A DNA stretch of 64,000 bases, taken from a virus. The notes under the pieces were generated by a model. That model did no database searches. It saw only the letters and a list, made by a program, of their open reading frames with translations, and was not told the DNA's origin. Both the position numbers and the translations under genes were made by a program. Each line of letters starts with the position of its first letter. Position 1 is the stretch's first letter. Positions 19,792 through 29,332 of this stretch are shown one piece after another. The stretch covers positions 16,528-80,527 of IMG/VR virus record IMGVR_UViG_3300042691_039521; one strand, 5' to 3'.

Positions 19792-20316
19792 ATGCCACGT
19801 AGAGAAGATTTAGAAGTTTGGGAAAACCGTAATCGTAGCGAATTTTGGGTCATGAAAGAAGATCTATCCGGTGATGTCGTACCAGTTCGTGTTCCCCCAG
19901 GCAAGCAGATTGAGATTTCAACCTACGACCGCCAGCGGAATCAGGAACAAACAATCGACCCTAAATTTGATTGGTTCACTAATGGGGCTTTGTCAAGAGT
20001 TAGGCTTGTTGATACAGCCGAAGACATTGAAGAGATTGAGGCCAACCCCAATGCTAAGTCAGAAAAAGAACTGATTGCGCTTCTTAATCTTAATGCCAAT
20101 GAATTAAAAAAGGAACTTGCTGAGATTACAAGTCCATTGGTACTAGCTCGACTCAAAGAATTCATTGAATCCGATGATGCAGATAAAATCGAAAGCCTCA
20201 CCGTTGCTAAGAACAAAGCTGTTATTAGTAGATATGAAGAACTTCATCCACCTGTGACGGGCAAGGTTTTTGATACATACGAAGAAGCTATTGCCAAACC
20301 CAAGAAGCTATCGTAA
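19792..20316 (+). CDS. Hypothetical (head-associated) protein
   Basis: ATG 19792 with AAGGAG RBS; directly after the capsid gene. Confidence 0.6.
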   Translation: MPRREDLEVWENRNRSEFWVMKEDLSGDVVPVRVPPGKQIEISTYDRQRNQEQTIDPKFDWFTNGALSRVRLVDTAEDIEEIEANPNAKSEKELIALLNLNANELKKELAEITSPLVLARLKEFIESDDADKIESLTVAKNKAVISRYEELHPPVTGKVFDTYEEAIAKPKKLS

Positions 20317-20335
20317 TCCGATATATTTGTTAGTA
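20317..20335 (+). promoter_or_regulatory. Putative phage late promoter
   Basis: TCCGATA-TATTTGT-TAGTA. Confidence 0.6.
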
Positions 20336-20359
20336 TTCTTTAAACTTGGAGGTAGTTAA

Positions 20360-20863
20360 ATGGCGTCAATCGACTTAGAGGATCTCGTTCCAGATTTAGT
20401 GATTGAGCTAAATACTCCTGGTGCTAACATATATGGATCTGTTTCCAACGAAGAGTGGGTATCAAGACTGAGGAATGCTTTCTGGGAAGCCCATCTCAAT
20501 GGGTTCATGGATGGGTGGACAGAATCAGATGGGATTGTATCAAAACTCAACGACCCTAGTGCCAACGCCATGACTCGTGATCAACAACAGTTAATTATTT
20601 TACATGCAGGCATGAATGTTATTCGTGCCGAACTCAGAACGCTAAATACATCTGAATCATATAAAGCTGGACCCGTTGCTTATGAGGTACAAAAGTCTTC
20701 ACAGGTTCTTAGGGCTTTGTTAGACGATATGACAAAAAGAATGAACTATCTATTGCAGCGACTAGCTGACATGGGTATAGCTAGAGATATTTACTACATC
20801 AATAGTTATATTGCCCGTCAAGATGCTATTAACTCTGGTGCAACTCCTTGGGTCGGTAACTGA
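20360..20863 (+). CDS. Head-tail adaptor (neck) protein
   Basis: Helical 167 aa protein with YKAGPVAYE strand typical of adaptors; synteny. Confidence 0.55.
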   Translation: MASIDLEDLVPDLVIELNTPGANIYGSVSNEEWVSRLRNAFWEAHLNGFMDGWTESDGIVSKLNDPSANAMTRDQQQLIILHAGMNVIRAELRTLNTSESYKAGPVAYEVQKSSQVLRALLDDMTKRMNYLLQRLADMGIARDIYYINSYIARQDAINSGATPWVGN

Positions 20864-21315
20864 TGGCTACGGTGCCGGGTTTTGGAGAGGGATTTCCTTC
20901 TACTGTTTTCAGAAATAATATTAAGAATGTTATGAGAATGGGTGCCCCCAGTGCTGTAGAACAGAGGGTTACATTCCGATGGCCTTCAAAAAAAACTTTT
21001 GTTGGTAAAACAGACCCATCGGGTCGACCCTACGACTTAGCTTCAGCAACATCTTCTGTTGTCCAGAAAGAAGATGTGCAGATTGATTGCGCTGTGGAGA
21101 TTTTGGATAGGAACCCAACTGGAACACCTATTGGTGAATTCAATAATCCAAGAGCAACCATAACTGTTTTAGATGTTGATTATGAAACAATTAAAGGCTC
21201 AACAATAGTTTTGATAGGTGGAAACACTTATAACGTAAACTATGTTGAGCCTGTTGGTTTGTTTGATGTAACTATTTATACATTACATTGTCAGGCGGTG
21301 GATGAAGCAGCATGA
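20863..21315 (+). CDS. Head closure / stopper protein
   Basis: Beta-rich 150 aa protein (IGGNTYNV...YTLHC); synteny. Confidence 0.55.
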   Translation: MATVPGFGEGFPSTVFRNNIKNVMRMGAPSAVEQRVTFRWPSKKTFVGKTDPSGRPYDLASATSSVVQKEDVQIDCAVEILDRNPTGTPIGEFNNPRATITVLDVDYETIKGSTIVLIGGNTYNVNYVEPVGLFDVTIYTLHCQAVDEAA

Positions 21316-21833
21316 GTGAGATAGTAGGTGGTCTAAGACGCAGACTTATTAAAGACAATCTTTATTATATGATTCATAACTCTATGGATCAACTCAACTG
21401 GTTTAGTGGAGATTTAAGCAATGACCCAGTTGAACTCATTTCAGAGCAGATTGATTCATCAAAGGAGATTAAACCAAACAAGATTTCTATTTCGGCAGAA
21501 GATCTAAATACCAGAGAATGGGAAATGGGTTCTACTTTAGATGAATATGCTTGGGAGATATATATAGATATCTTTGCTGAAGATGAATCTGTGGGCATTC
21601 ATCTATCTGGCGATATATACGATATATTAACAGGAAAATTTACTTCTCTTGGTCGCTCAGATAATAGATTTAATGTATATAATCTCGCTGTCGATGGCGA
21701 ACCTTTTTTGTTTAGTTGTGAATTAAGAAACGTTGAGATTGGTAGAGTTAGAGAGTGGAACAAACCCTTCAATAAATATTGGTGGGTTATAGGCGTAACA
21801 GTTGTAGATTACTATTATGGAGATGGAGGCTAA
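21312..21833 (+). CDS. Tail completion / terminator-like protein
   Basis: EMGS...YIDIFAEDES motif; synteny. Confidence 0.5.
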   Translation: MSEIVGGLRRRLIKDNLYYMIHNSMDQLNWFSGDLSNDPVELISEQIDSSKEIKPNKISISAEDLNTREWEMGSTLDEYAWEIYIDIFAEDESVGIHLSGDIYDILTGKFTSLGRSDNRFNVYNLAVDGEPFLFSCELRNVEIGRVREWNKPFNKYWWVIGVTVVDYYYGDGG

Positions 21834-21835
21834 TA

Positions 21836-22192
21836 ATGGCTACCGTATTTAACAATATTGATAGAGTAGCAGGTGACCCTTTAGTCTCTGTTAATGTAAC
21901 GATTGAATTAGTTTGGGACACTTCTGTTAGCGCTTTAGCTAAAATTGCTGATGAAGATACTGTTGTTCGTGGTTTGTATGGAACAACAACTGATGCAGAT
22001 GGCTATTGGGAAGTCGATTTGGTTTCAAATGATAATATTACTCCCGATGATTCTCTATATAAAATTACTGAAAGACTTTCTATTAGCAATGATTCTGTAA
22101 CATATTATATTTCTGTTCCCGATGCAGCAACTCCAACATCTTGGATTGGTGACATTGTTGTTGATCCCGACGACCTACCTACATGGGTGTGA
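21836..22192 (+). CDS. Virion accessory protein, prealbumin/carboxypeptidase-regulatory-like beta fold
   Basis: ATG 21836 after GGAGG; GDPL..V.VTIEL...TTTDADGYW.VDL..N motif. Confidence 0.5.
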   Translation: MATVFNNIDRVAGDPLVSVNVTIELVWDTSVSALAKIADEDTVVRGLYGTTTDADGYWEVDLVSNDNITPDDSLYKITERLSISNDSVTYYISVPDAATPTSWIGDIVVDPDDLPTWV

Positions 22193-22195
22193 TGC

Positions 22196-22582
22196 GTGAT
22201 GACTCCTATTAAGAAGGATTTAGAAATTTGGCAGGGTAAAACCTATGATGAGCCTTGGATTTTTGGTCGAGCCATCAAAGATGAAACTGGTCAAGTTGTA
22301 GATACCGAGGTCACCAACCTTGGTGGCTATACTGGAAAGATGCAGTTAAGAGAATCTGTTGATTCAGAAGAACCAACTTTAGAGCTTACTACCGAGAATG
22401 GACGTATTCTTATTGATGCAGAACATGGTGAGGTGAGATTGTTTCTTACTGCAGAAGAAACAGCCGCTTTACCTGTTGGATCTTATAAATATGATTTAGA
22501 GCTTATTACCGCTTCGGGTCGTGTTTATGGTCCGCTTTATGGAAAAGTTAAGGTTAGAGCAGAGGTAACACGCGATGCCTAA
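22196..22582 (+). CDS. BppU-like fibre-attachment / Ig-like virion protein
   Basis: [31 protein letters not shown] motif common before phage fibre genes. Confidence 0.6.
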   Translation: MMTPIKKDLEIWQGKTYDEPWIFGRAIKDETGQVVDTEVTNLGGYTGKMQLRESVDSEEPTLELTTENGRILIDAEHGEVRLFLTAEETAALPVGSYKYDLELITASGRVYGPLYGKVKVRAEVTRDA

Positions 22583-24167
22583 TTATATAGAAGATGATGA
22601 CAATGAAATCATTTTCTTGGGCGAAGACGTAGAGACTACCGAAACACTTATTCCTGGTGAACCGGAAACTCTATTCGTGCAAATGGGTCTACAAGGACCA
22701 GAGGGAGCGCAGGGTCCTGCTGGCGATGGTGGTACCGGGCCAACAGGCCCAAGCGGTCCCACAGGCCCACAGGGCGATCCTGGCGGCCCCACGGGGGCGA
22801 CCGGTCCATTTGGGGCAACCGGACCATTAGGAGCGACTGGGGCGACTGGGGCTATAGGAGCAACCGGAGCAACCGGTATACAGGGCGCTACTGGTGCCGC
22901 TGGTGAAGTTGGCTACACTGGACCAGTAGGTGCGAGTGGTGGCCAAGGAGCAACCGGTTCGGTCGGTGCTACTGGTGCTACTGGAGCACATGGTGCTACT
23001 GGTTCAATAGGTTTACAAGGATTTACTGGACCCGCTGGTCCGGCCGGCGCTACCGGCGTTCAGGGTGAGATTGGTGAAGTTGGAAATACTGGTCCGAGTG
23101 GTGCTACGGGAAATCAGGGTTTTACTGGCGCAATCGGATCAACTGGCGCAACCGGGCCACAGGGTTCAACTGGCGCAACCGGTCTTGATGGCATAACAGG
23201 AGCGACCGGTGCTTCGGGTCCACAGGGTGATATTGGTGCTACCGGTCCTGCCGGAGCAACTGGAATAGCTGGATCTACTGGGGTGATGGGAGCAACTGGT
23301 TCGCAGGGAGCAACAGGCGCAACTGGCCCAGCAGGTGCAACCGGCTCCCAAGGAAACGCTGGTTTTACCGGAGTCCAAGGAGCAACTGGTCCGATCGGTC
23401 CAGATGGAGCCACTGGTTCGGTCGGTGCTACTGGTGCTACTGGAGTTTCTGGTCTAGTGGGAGCCACTGGCGCACAAGGTCCTACCGGATCAACTGGACC
23501 CATTGGCGAAACTGGCGCTACGGGGGTTGGTTCTGCTGGTGCGACTGGTGCTACCGGTCCAGACGGTGCGACCGGACCACAGGGTACTTCCATTATCACT
23601 AATGCTTCTACGTATTCTAGCAACTTAGGCTATCATTTACCCGGCGTACTCTGGGATAGTCTTAATAATGCTGTTGCGGTTACCGCTAACACAATTCGTT
23701 ATGTTCCATTTCTAATTAGGGCTGGGACATTGACGGTAGATCGTATTTGTTTTGAGGTGACCACTCTTCAGGCTAATAGTAATGCGAGAGTTGGGGTTTA
23801 TACTGCTGACTCAACATGGCAACCAACTGGTGCTGCTCTTATTGACGCCACGGCAACAACTGCGACTACAGGGGCTAAAAATATTACTGTATCAGGGACA
23901 TTGCCTGCTGGGCGCTATCTTGCATGTATAGTTTCCGATGCCAACATCAGCGTAAGATCTGGAGCAGCTAGACCAACATGGGGAACTGATCACGCCGCTA
24001 CAGTTGTGACCGCTCCATCTTCTGCTCAAATTATTACTAGTCGTAGTACCTCGCTTACCTATCCATCTTCATTACCAAATTCGGGGCCAGCTTGGAACGC
24101 TATATCTGGTTCTGCAACTAATCCAAATACTGATCCACTTATCTTACTAAGGGGCACTTACTCATGA
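22575..24167 (+). CDS. Collagen-like fibre protein (Gly-X-Thr repeats) with globular C-terminal domain
   Basis: About 100 G-X-Y triplets dominated by GAT/GPT/GST/GFT (about 22686-23590), then a beta-rich C-domain. Confidence 0.9.
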   Translation: MPNYIEDDDNEIIFLGEDVETTETLIPGEPETLFVQMGLQGPEGAQGPAGDGGTGPTGPSGPTGPQGDPGGPTGATGPFGATGPLGATGATGAIGATGATGIQGATGAAGEVGYTGPVGASGGQGATGSVGATGATGAHGATGSIGLQGFTGPAGPAGATGVQGEIGEVGNTGPSGATGNQGFTGAIGSTGATGPQGSTGATGLDGITGATGASGPQGDIGATGPAGATGIAGSTGVMGATGSQGATGATGPAGATGSQGNAGFTGVQGATGPIGPDGATGSVGATGATGVSGLVGATGAQGPTGSTGPIGETGATGVGSAGATGATGPDGATGPQGTSIITNASTYSSNLGYHLPGVLWDSLNNAVAVTANTIRYVPFLIRAGTLTVDRICFEVTTLQANSNARVGVYTADSTWQPTGAALIDATATTATTGAKNITVSGTLPAGRYLACIVSDANISVRSGAARPTWGTDHAATVVTAPSSAQIITSRSTSLTYPSSLPNSGPAWNAISGSATNPNTDPLILLRGTYS

Positions 24168-24409
24168 TAACTCTTCGTACTGATATAGATATAGAAGGCA
24201 ATGAAACAGATATTTGGTATGTGCCCGATGGTGGAATAACCATTTGGCATAATGGCGTAGACACTGGTGAACCTTATGTGCCAATAGAAATAGAATCTGC
24301 TTTAGATGCAGAACAAGCATTAGCCTTAATGGTGCTATGTATTGCCGATAATGATATGGAAGGTGCTCAAGAAGCTGCCCAAATGTGGAAGACGGCCGTA
24401 GGATTATAA
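24164..24409 (+). CDS. Small fibre-associated protein (possible chaperone)
   Basis: 81 aa, ATGA-coupled to the collagen fibre gene. Confidence 0.5.
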   Translation: MITLRTDIDIEGNETDIWYVPDGGITIWHNGVDTGEPYVPIEIESALDAEQALALMVLCIADNDMEGAQEAAQMWKTAVGL

Positions 24410-24414
24410 CGTTT

Positions 24415-24433
24415 GACGTTATATTAAATAGGA
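24415..24433 (+). promoter_or_regulatory. Putative late promoter, variant
   Basis: GACGTTA-TATTAAA-TAGGA; near-identical copy at 46897. Confidence 0.55.
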
Positions 24434-24451
24434 TCGAATAAAGGAGATAAG

Positions 24452-27163
24452 TTGTCTACTACTTATATTGTACAAGGTAAACAAGGACCAGAAGGCGCCC
24501 AAGGGGCAACTGGTCCACAGGGTGCAACTGGACCTGCTGGTGGTGGGACAGAAGGTCTTTTTCGATCCCAGTATCATTCTCTCTTAGAGGGAGAATATAT
24601 TCTAGATGACGAAGATGGGGTTATTGGTGGCGCTGGAACAATCATTTTACCAGCGATTTCAGAAGACGAACAAGATCCTAGAGTCTGGGTTATATCCGCT
24701 TATAGTGGTGATATAATTCTTCAGACCGAAAATGAAGCACCTATATTTATTCTGGATAATCAAAGTCAGCAGCCATACACCATTTCGCAGAATTCTGTTA
24801 TTCATCTTTTAAGATATGTTGGTGTATGGAGAATTATTTATGATTCTTCTGTAATTGGCGACGCTAACCCTAGTGCATCTGTTATTCCAGCATCTGTTAT
24901 TTTATATTGTCCAACACTCACGGCTGAAGACCTAACACCAGCAGAAAATGATGTTATGTACTGGGTTGAGCGTACCCCTAATCTAGTAACACCAGATCCA
25001 GATACTGGTTTATCTGACTGGACAACTCGACAGGTCTTTTCTTGGACAGAGGGTTGGGCCACGGATAATGATCCCATTAATGTCTTGATGATGGTCGATT
25101 CAGATAGTTGGTTCCCAACAATATTGGCAGAGGTTGTGCCTGATGGTTTTAGCGCCATTGAAGTTTCTGGCGGTCAGCCAATTGTTCTTGGTTGTGGCGG
25201 ATCTGCTGATCCATCCGGTTCTATATGGTCGGGATGGAATGTTGGAGATAATATGGCTGGTGCTATTGATCCCATGGAGCCAGCAACTCATATTATCCCA
25301 GTTGGTTTAACAGCGGATTTAATCAGGTTAGTAGATCGTTTTGGTTCTGGTGATCATGAAAATCTAGCCGATTGGTATAGTGCTGTCAATGAGGCTCTCA
25401 AACCATCTAATTCAATTACTAAAGATAGTGATATTTGGTATTTAAATAATACTTCCCTTCCAGTGGATCAGATTTCTGTTTCTGTAGAGAGAAATATTAT
25501 TGCAACTCACGAAGAACTTGTTGATGCTGGATTAGAAGCTTATTTTGATGGTTCTAGTGGCGGTTATATTAAAGATTTAAGAGGTAAAGTTTGGAATGCC
25601 AATTTTATGTCCTCTGAACAAAGCGGGTTTGTTCCCATTGTTGATGGAATCTTTATTTTCTCTGATGCAGAAACCATTCCTATTTCTAATTTACCAGAGG
25701 GATATTTAGGTTCTGGTGGACCAATATATGATATTGGTAATGGTACCGGCATGATGATTCTTCACTTAGAGGGCGCTTATTATCAAAAATTAGCAGCAGC
25801 CAAAGTTGTTATGGATGCAAATGGTCCTGTTTCAGTAACATATCTTGGTGATATTTACACTTCATATATGACAGAATCAGCAGTTCAAGCTTTAGAAGAT
25901 TGGATAGCTTCTGCTGGCTCTGGTATTTTCACTATTTTCAATGATTATATGTATGTGTATGGTGTTGATTATTTGGATTCTAGTGGCGTTCCAATTTATA
26001 CTGTTGCCCGCTGCTCAACTTCGGATATAGTTAATGCAATTTCCAGTGACCAAGCACCACTTTTCTATAAGTATTATAACGATGAGTGGACAGAACTTGG
26101 CCTTGGTGGAAATGCTTTTGATTTAGGACTTGATAGCCCAAGAGGTAATGGAGATATTGTTATTCTCCCCGATGGTCGTTATCTTTGGGTAGGAATTAAT
26201 AGTCCACTTGGAGATAATGTCTTAGCTTATTCAACTTCTTTAGATGGAATTGATTGGTCCCCATGGTACAATCTATTTGACCCAGAGCCAGCGACTGTAG
26301 AATGGATTTATTCTACTATTTGGACGGGAGATGAACAATTTACAAACGAACACAAAGTCACTGGTTCTCAGATAAAAGTTATGATTGTTGAAGCAGATCT
26401 TGCTGATCGCTGGGGTACCAATCAAATTCTTGAATTCACACTTAGACCAGCCGTTGCTAATGTAAATCTCATAGACATGCAAGAATCTATAGATACGATT
26501 GAAGATAGCATAGCTGATCTTACGGGCTATGATCAAATGTTATTTAGAGAACTTAGACTTGGTAGTGCATCGGTTTCTCCTGGTGGTGAGACTATTGGAT
26601 ATATGGCAGCTATGGCTGGGGCATTATTCCTTTCCGAACCATATACAGATTCCCTAATTGATACGTCATTATTAGGCGATCCAGTAGCAACTGCTTGGGA
26701 TGTTAGTTCTGATCTTAGTCCCTCTGCTCCTGATCCATATTCTTTGGTTTTTGACTGGGGAGCGCCAGGTGAGGGTCCAGGCGTTGATGGAGCTTGGAAG
26801 TCATCAATGGCCTTTGTTATCCCTCAGACCCCATCAGGATTAGATTTTGTTGGATTCAGACTTTTGGGAGTTGTATATGATGTTCAGGAACCATTAATTT
26901 ATAATTCTCTAACAATTGCAGCGGTTATTCTTAATTTTGACGATTTTAGTCTTTCTCCAGGGGCAATGGAGGGTTATAGTGGGTCTTATTCTACATATGT
27001 GATGGTCGTTGATAAACCTGTTCCCGCTGGAGTTCCTGAAATTGGAGTATCTGGTAAGACGGCAGTTGTTGAGTTTAACTGGAATAATACTGATTTCACT
27101 CCTCCTGGGAGCTTAACGATCGACGCAATAGAACTTCTTTATAGAAACCAAATAGTCATTTAA
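24452..27163 (+). CDS. Large acidic virion protein with a short N-terminal collagen stretch and probable beta-propeller/carbohydrate-binding region
   Basis: N-terminal [20 protein letters not shown]; central YMYVYG..VARC and SLDGIDWSPW (Asp-box-like) segments. Confidence 0.55.
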   Translation: MSTTYIVQGKQGPEGAQGATGPQGATGPAGGGTEGLFRSQYHSLLEGEYILDDEDGVIGGAGTIILPAISEDEQDPRVWVISAYSGDIILQTENEAPIFILDNQSQQPYTISQNSVIHLLRYVGVWRIIYDSSVIGDANPSASVIPASVILYCPTLTAEDLTPAENDVMYWVERTPNLVTPDPDTGLSDWTTRQVFSWTEGWATDNDPINVLMMVDSDSWFPTILAEVVPDGFSAIEVSGGQPIVLGCGGSADPSGSIWSGWNVGDNMAGAIDPMEPATHIIPVGLTADLIRLVDRFGSGDHENLADWYSAVNEALKPSNSITKDSDIWYLNNTSLPVDQISVSVERNIIATHEELVDAGLEAYFDGSSGGYIKDLRGKVWNANFMSSEQSGFVPIVDGIFIFSDAETIPISNLPEGYLGSGGPIYDIGNGTGMMILHLEGAYYQKLAAAKVVMDANGPVSVTYLGDIYTSYMTESAVQALEDWIASAGSGIFTIFNDYMYVYGVDYLDSSGVPIYTVARCSTSDIVNAISSDQAPLFYKYYNDEWTELGLGGNAFDLGLDSPRGNGDIVILPDGRYLWVGINSPLGDNVLAYSTSLDGIDWSPWYNLFDPEPATVEWIYSTIWTGDEQFTNEHKVTGSQIKVMIVEADLADRWGTNQILEFTLRPAVANVNLIDMQESIDTIEDSIADLTGYDQMLFRELRLGSASVSPGGETIGYMAAMAGALFLSEPYTDSLIDTSLLGDPVATAWDVSSDLSPSAPDPYSLVFDWGAPGEGPGVDGAWKSSMAFVIPQTPSGLDFVGFRLLGVVYDVQEPLIYNSLTIAAVILNFDDFSLSPGAMEGYSGSYSTYVMVVDKPVPAGVPEIGVSGKTAVVEFNWNNTDFTPPGSLTIDAIELLYRNQIVI

Positions 27164-27179
27164 TAGAAGGAAAAAGGAT

Positions 27180-27317
27180 ATGGATGCAGAATTTTTAGCA
27201 ATGGTATTAGCGCCAGAGAATACACCTAAAGACTTAATGGAAGAAGATGGCGACCAACCATTTCACCCAGAAATTTTAGTTGAATATGGGATAGAAGTAC
27301 CCGAGGATCTACTATGA
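27180..27317 (+). CDS. Small acidic protein (45 aa), not in the ORF track
   Basis: MDAEFLAMVLAPENTPKDLMEEDGDQPFHPEILVEYGIEVPEDLL; purine-rich RBS; ATGA overlap with the endolysin start. Confidence 0.6.
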   Translation: MDAEFLAMVLAPENTPKDLMEEDGDQPFHPEILVEYGIEVPEDLL

Positions 27318-28099
27318 CTTTTCAAGGTGATTTATCTAAGGTTGTAAATATAGCCCGTTCACAGATTGGCGTTGTTGAAAAACCAGTTAATAAAACGATG
27401 TATGGAGAATGGTTTGGATGGAATGGTGTTGCTTGGTGTGCTATTTTTGTAAGCTGGGTATTTGATAAAGCGGGTAATCGTATTCCCCCACTTCAGACCT
27501 CTAAGGGTTGTGCTTATGTTCCAACTTTCGTGCAACACGCTAAAGCAACTGGGCAGTGGCGTCCGAGGGGAACATATACCCCTAAAGCTGGTGATTTAAT
27601 TATATTCCAGTTCACTAATCGACCAGACCATATCGGTATTGTTCAGTCTGTATTGCCAGATGGCAGAATTCTTACTGTCGAAGGAAATACTAATGCTGCC
27701 GGTTCGCGGACTGGTGGTATGGTTGCTCAGCTTCACCGCCGTTCTGGTATTATTGGCTTTGTCGACGTAAGACCAACTGCTCCGGTTATTGATTGGGCTG
27801 CAATTCGTAGATGGAATGCTGGTGTAGTTCTATCTAAACTACAGGGAGTGAGAACTCCATTAGATAGTAAGGGCTGGTCGGAAGATATCAAGATTCTTCA
27901 GCAGGCTTTGAATATCGTTCAGAATGCTGGTCTTACTGTTGATGGAATCTATGGTCCATCCACGTTCTTGAATGTGGCCGGATTCCAGAACAACTGTAAG
28001 AAACTCGGATTAAAGATGAGCGATCCGGTGGGGATAATGGGTGATTCCACTAAGTGGTGGCTCTGCACCAATCTTCAGAATATTAGGGACGGAAGATAA
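27314..28099 (+). CDS. Endolysin: CHAP domain plus peptidoglycan-binding domain
   Basis: ARSQIG..E, AWCAIFVSW (Cys), GDLIIF...DHIGIV (His), TVEGNT; C-terminal LQQALN...LTVDGIYGPST..FQ. Confidence 0.88.
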   Translation: MTFQGDLSKVVNIARSQIGVVEKPVNKTMYGEWFGWNGVAWCAIFVSWVFDKAGNRIPPLQTSKGCAYVPTFVQHAKATGQWRPRGTYTPKAGDLIIFQFTNRPDHIGIVQSVLPDGRILTVEGNTNAAGSRTGGMVAQLHRRSGIIGFVDVRPTAPVIDWAAIRRWNAGVVLSKLQGVRTPLDSKGWSEDIKILQQALNIVQNAGLTVDGIYGPSTFLNVAGFQNNCKKLGLKMSDPVGIMGDSTKWWLCTNLQNIRDGR

Positions 28100-28121
28100 A
28101 CTATAAAAAGGAAAAAGGGAT

Positions 28122-28361
28122 ATGTTTAATGCAAACAAAGATTTTTTAGGAAAACGTCGAGATAGAGCTATAGCAACAATTTTAAGCTTTAAAGAAAAAG
28201 AATGTGATACTTATCTTCCACAAGATGTTTCATATGAATTAAGAAAAATTATTCTTGATCAAATCAATGATGTTGTTGATTTAGCTTATGATTTAATCAA
28301 TGACGATATTGTTATTAATGAAGCTTTCTTGCAAAGGTTAGACGAGATTTTAAACATGTAG
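28122..28361 (+). CDS. Hypothetical protein
   Basis: 79 aa ORF with RBS. Confidence 0.6.
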   Translation: MFNANKDFLGKRRDRAIATILSFKEKECDTYLPQDVSYELRKIILDQINDVVDLAYDLINDDIVINEAFLQRLDEILNM

Positions 28362-28370
28362 GGGTTTCTT

Positions 28371-29204
28371 ATGGCTAAGAATAGAAGACTTAGCGCTCAA
28401 GCGCAGGCTAGGTTACGTAATCGTGGAGGCCAGTTTGCTCGTCAAACTGGTGCTTCCTTTTTTCGTGTTGATGATATTATGCGTGACGTTACGGATCAGG
28501 TATCTAAAGATCTTGCTGATAAGTTGACTTTTTGGGCTAATAATATTAAAACTAATGCTGAGAGAAGGGCTGGCTTAAGAGAGGTTAACTCAACTATTGC
28601 TAGAGAAACAATGAGTTTTGTTATCAATGCATATGAGAACAGAGGCTCTGAAGGCACTCCCGCCTACAGATACGAAGACCCTGATGATGGACCACCACGG
28701 CAGTTTAAAAGATATTCTAATGGAGCTATGTTAAGGGCGTTAAGCGACCCTAATAACTATACGTTTTCACCTAGAGAGTTTTCTTTCATTAATTTTGAGA
28801 TTATGGACTCTCATGCGAAACAATGGTATCGTTTGAACTTCGGTACAAAAGATCGGCCTGGAGACTCTCCTTCTGGTCCAAATATGAAATTTATGGGGGT
28901 TGAGACTTCAAGAAAAATAACCCTAGATCAATGGAAGCCATCTGATTATGTTGCCATGCCTAAGGGTTTTTGGTCTAAAACATTCGCTGCACAAACAGAG
29001 GGAACTCTTTTGAAGAGAGGACGTGGAGCTTTTTATCCAGCAACTCTTAATCCAGAATCTGGTGCAGCGAAGCCAGTTAACTTTAGAAAAGTTAAAGGTA
29101 TTGAAGGTAAGCACTTCCTTGATCAAGGAGCTATTTTCATTAATAAGAGATACCCAGAATTACTTGAGAACATGGTTGAAGACTGGATGAAAAGAGGTCT
29201 TTAA
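28371..29204 (+). CDS. Neck/tail-associated protein, HK97 gp10-like
   Basis: Basic protein with RLNFGT and C-terminal KGIEGKHFL motif, just before the tail tube gene. Confidence 0.5.
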   Translation: MAKNRRLSAQAQARLRNRGGQFARQTGASFFRVDDIMRDVTDQVSKDLADKLTFWANNIKTNAERRAGLREVNSTIARETMSFVINAYENRGSEGTPAYRYEDPDDGPPRQFKRYSNGAMLRALSDPNNYTFSPREFSFINFEIMDSHAKQWYRLNFGTKDRPGDSPSGPNMKFMGVETSRKITLDQWKPSDYVAMPKGFWSKTFAAQTEGTLLKRGRGAFYPATLNPESGAAKPVNFRKVKGIEGKHFLDQGAIFINKRYPELLENMVEDWMKRGL

Positions 29205-29213
29205 AAACTTTAG

Positions 29214-29232
29214 TCCGATAAATATTATAGGA
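29214..29232 (+). promoter_or_regulatory. Putative phage late promoter
   Basis: TCCGATA-AATATTA-TAGGA upstream of the major tail gene. Confidence 0.7.
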
Positions 29233-29332
29233 ACTAACCCATAGTGTTGGTTTATATTATAATAAGCGGCCTCCCTGTAGGCTAATTGGAAAAAAGAAAT
29301 AAATATTAGCTTACCTATAAAGGAGGGTAAAT

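Noticed and set aside
22686-23590. Repetitive DNA considered as a CRISPR array or DGR template/variable repeat
   Set aside because: The repeats are 9/18-nt codon-level periodicity of collagen; no constant repeat with unique spacers, no adenine-specific mismatch pair, and no reverse transcriptase in the window
23114-23623. Minus-strand Pro/Val/Ala-rich ORFs (also 22583-22792, 44491-44970, 45004-45252)
   Set aside because: Antisense shadows of the Gly-X-Y collagen repeats (PVAP is the reverse complement of GAT/G codons); no RBS or independent signal
24413-24441. TTGACG as a sigmaA -35 box (also 46895)
   Set aside because: No plausible -10 hexamer 16-18 nt downstream; fits the late-promoter variant better
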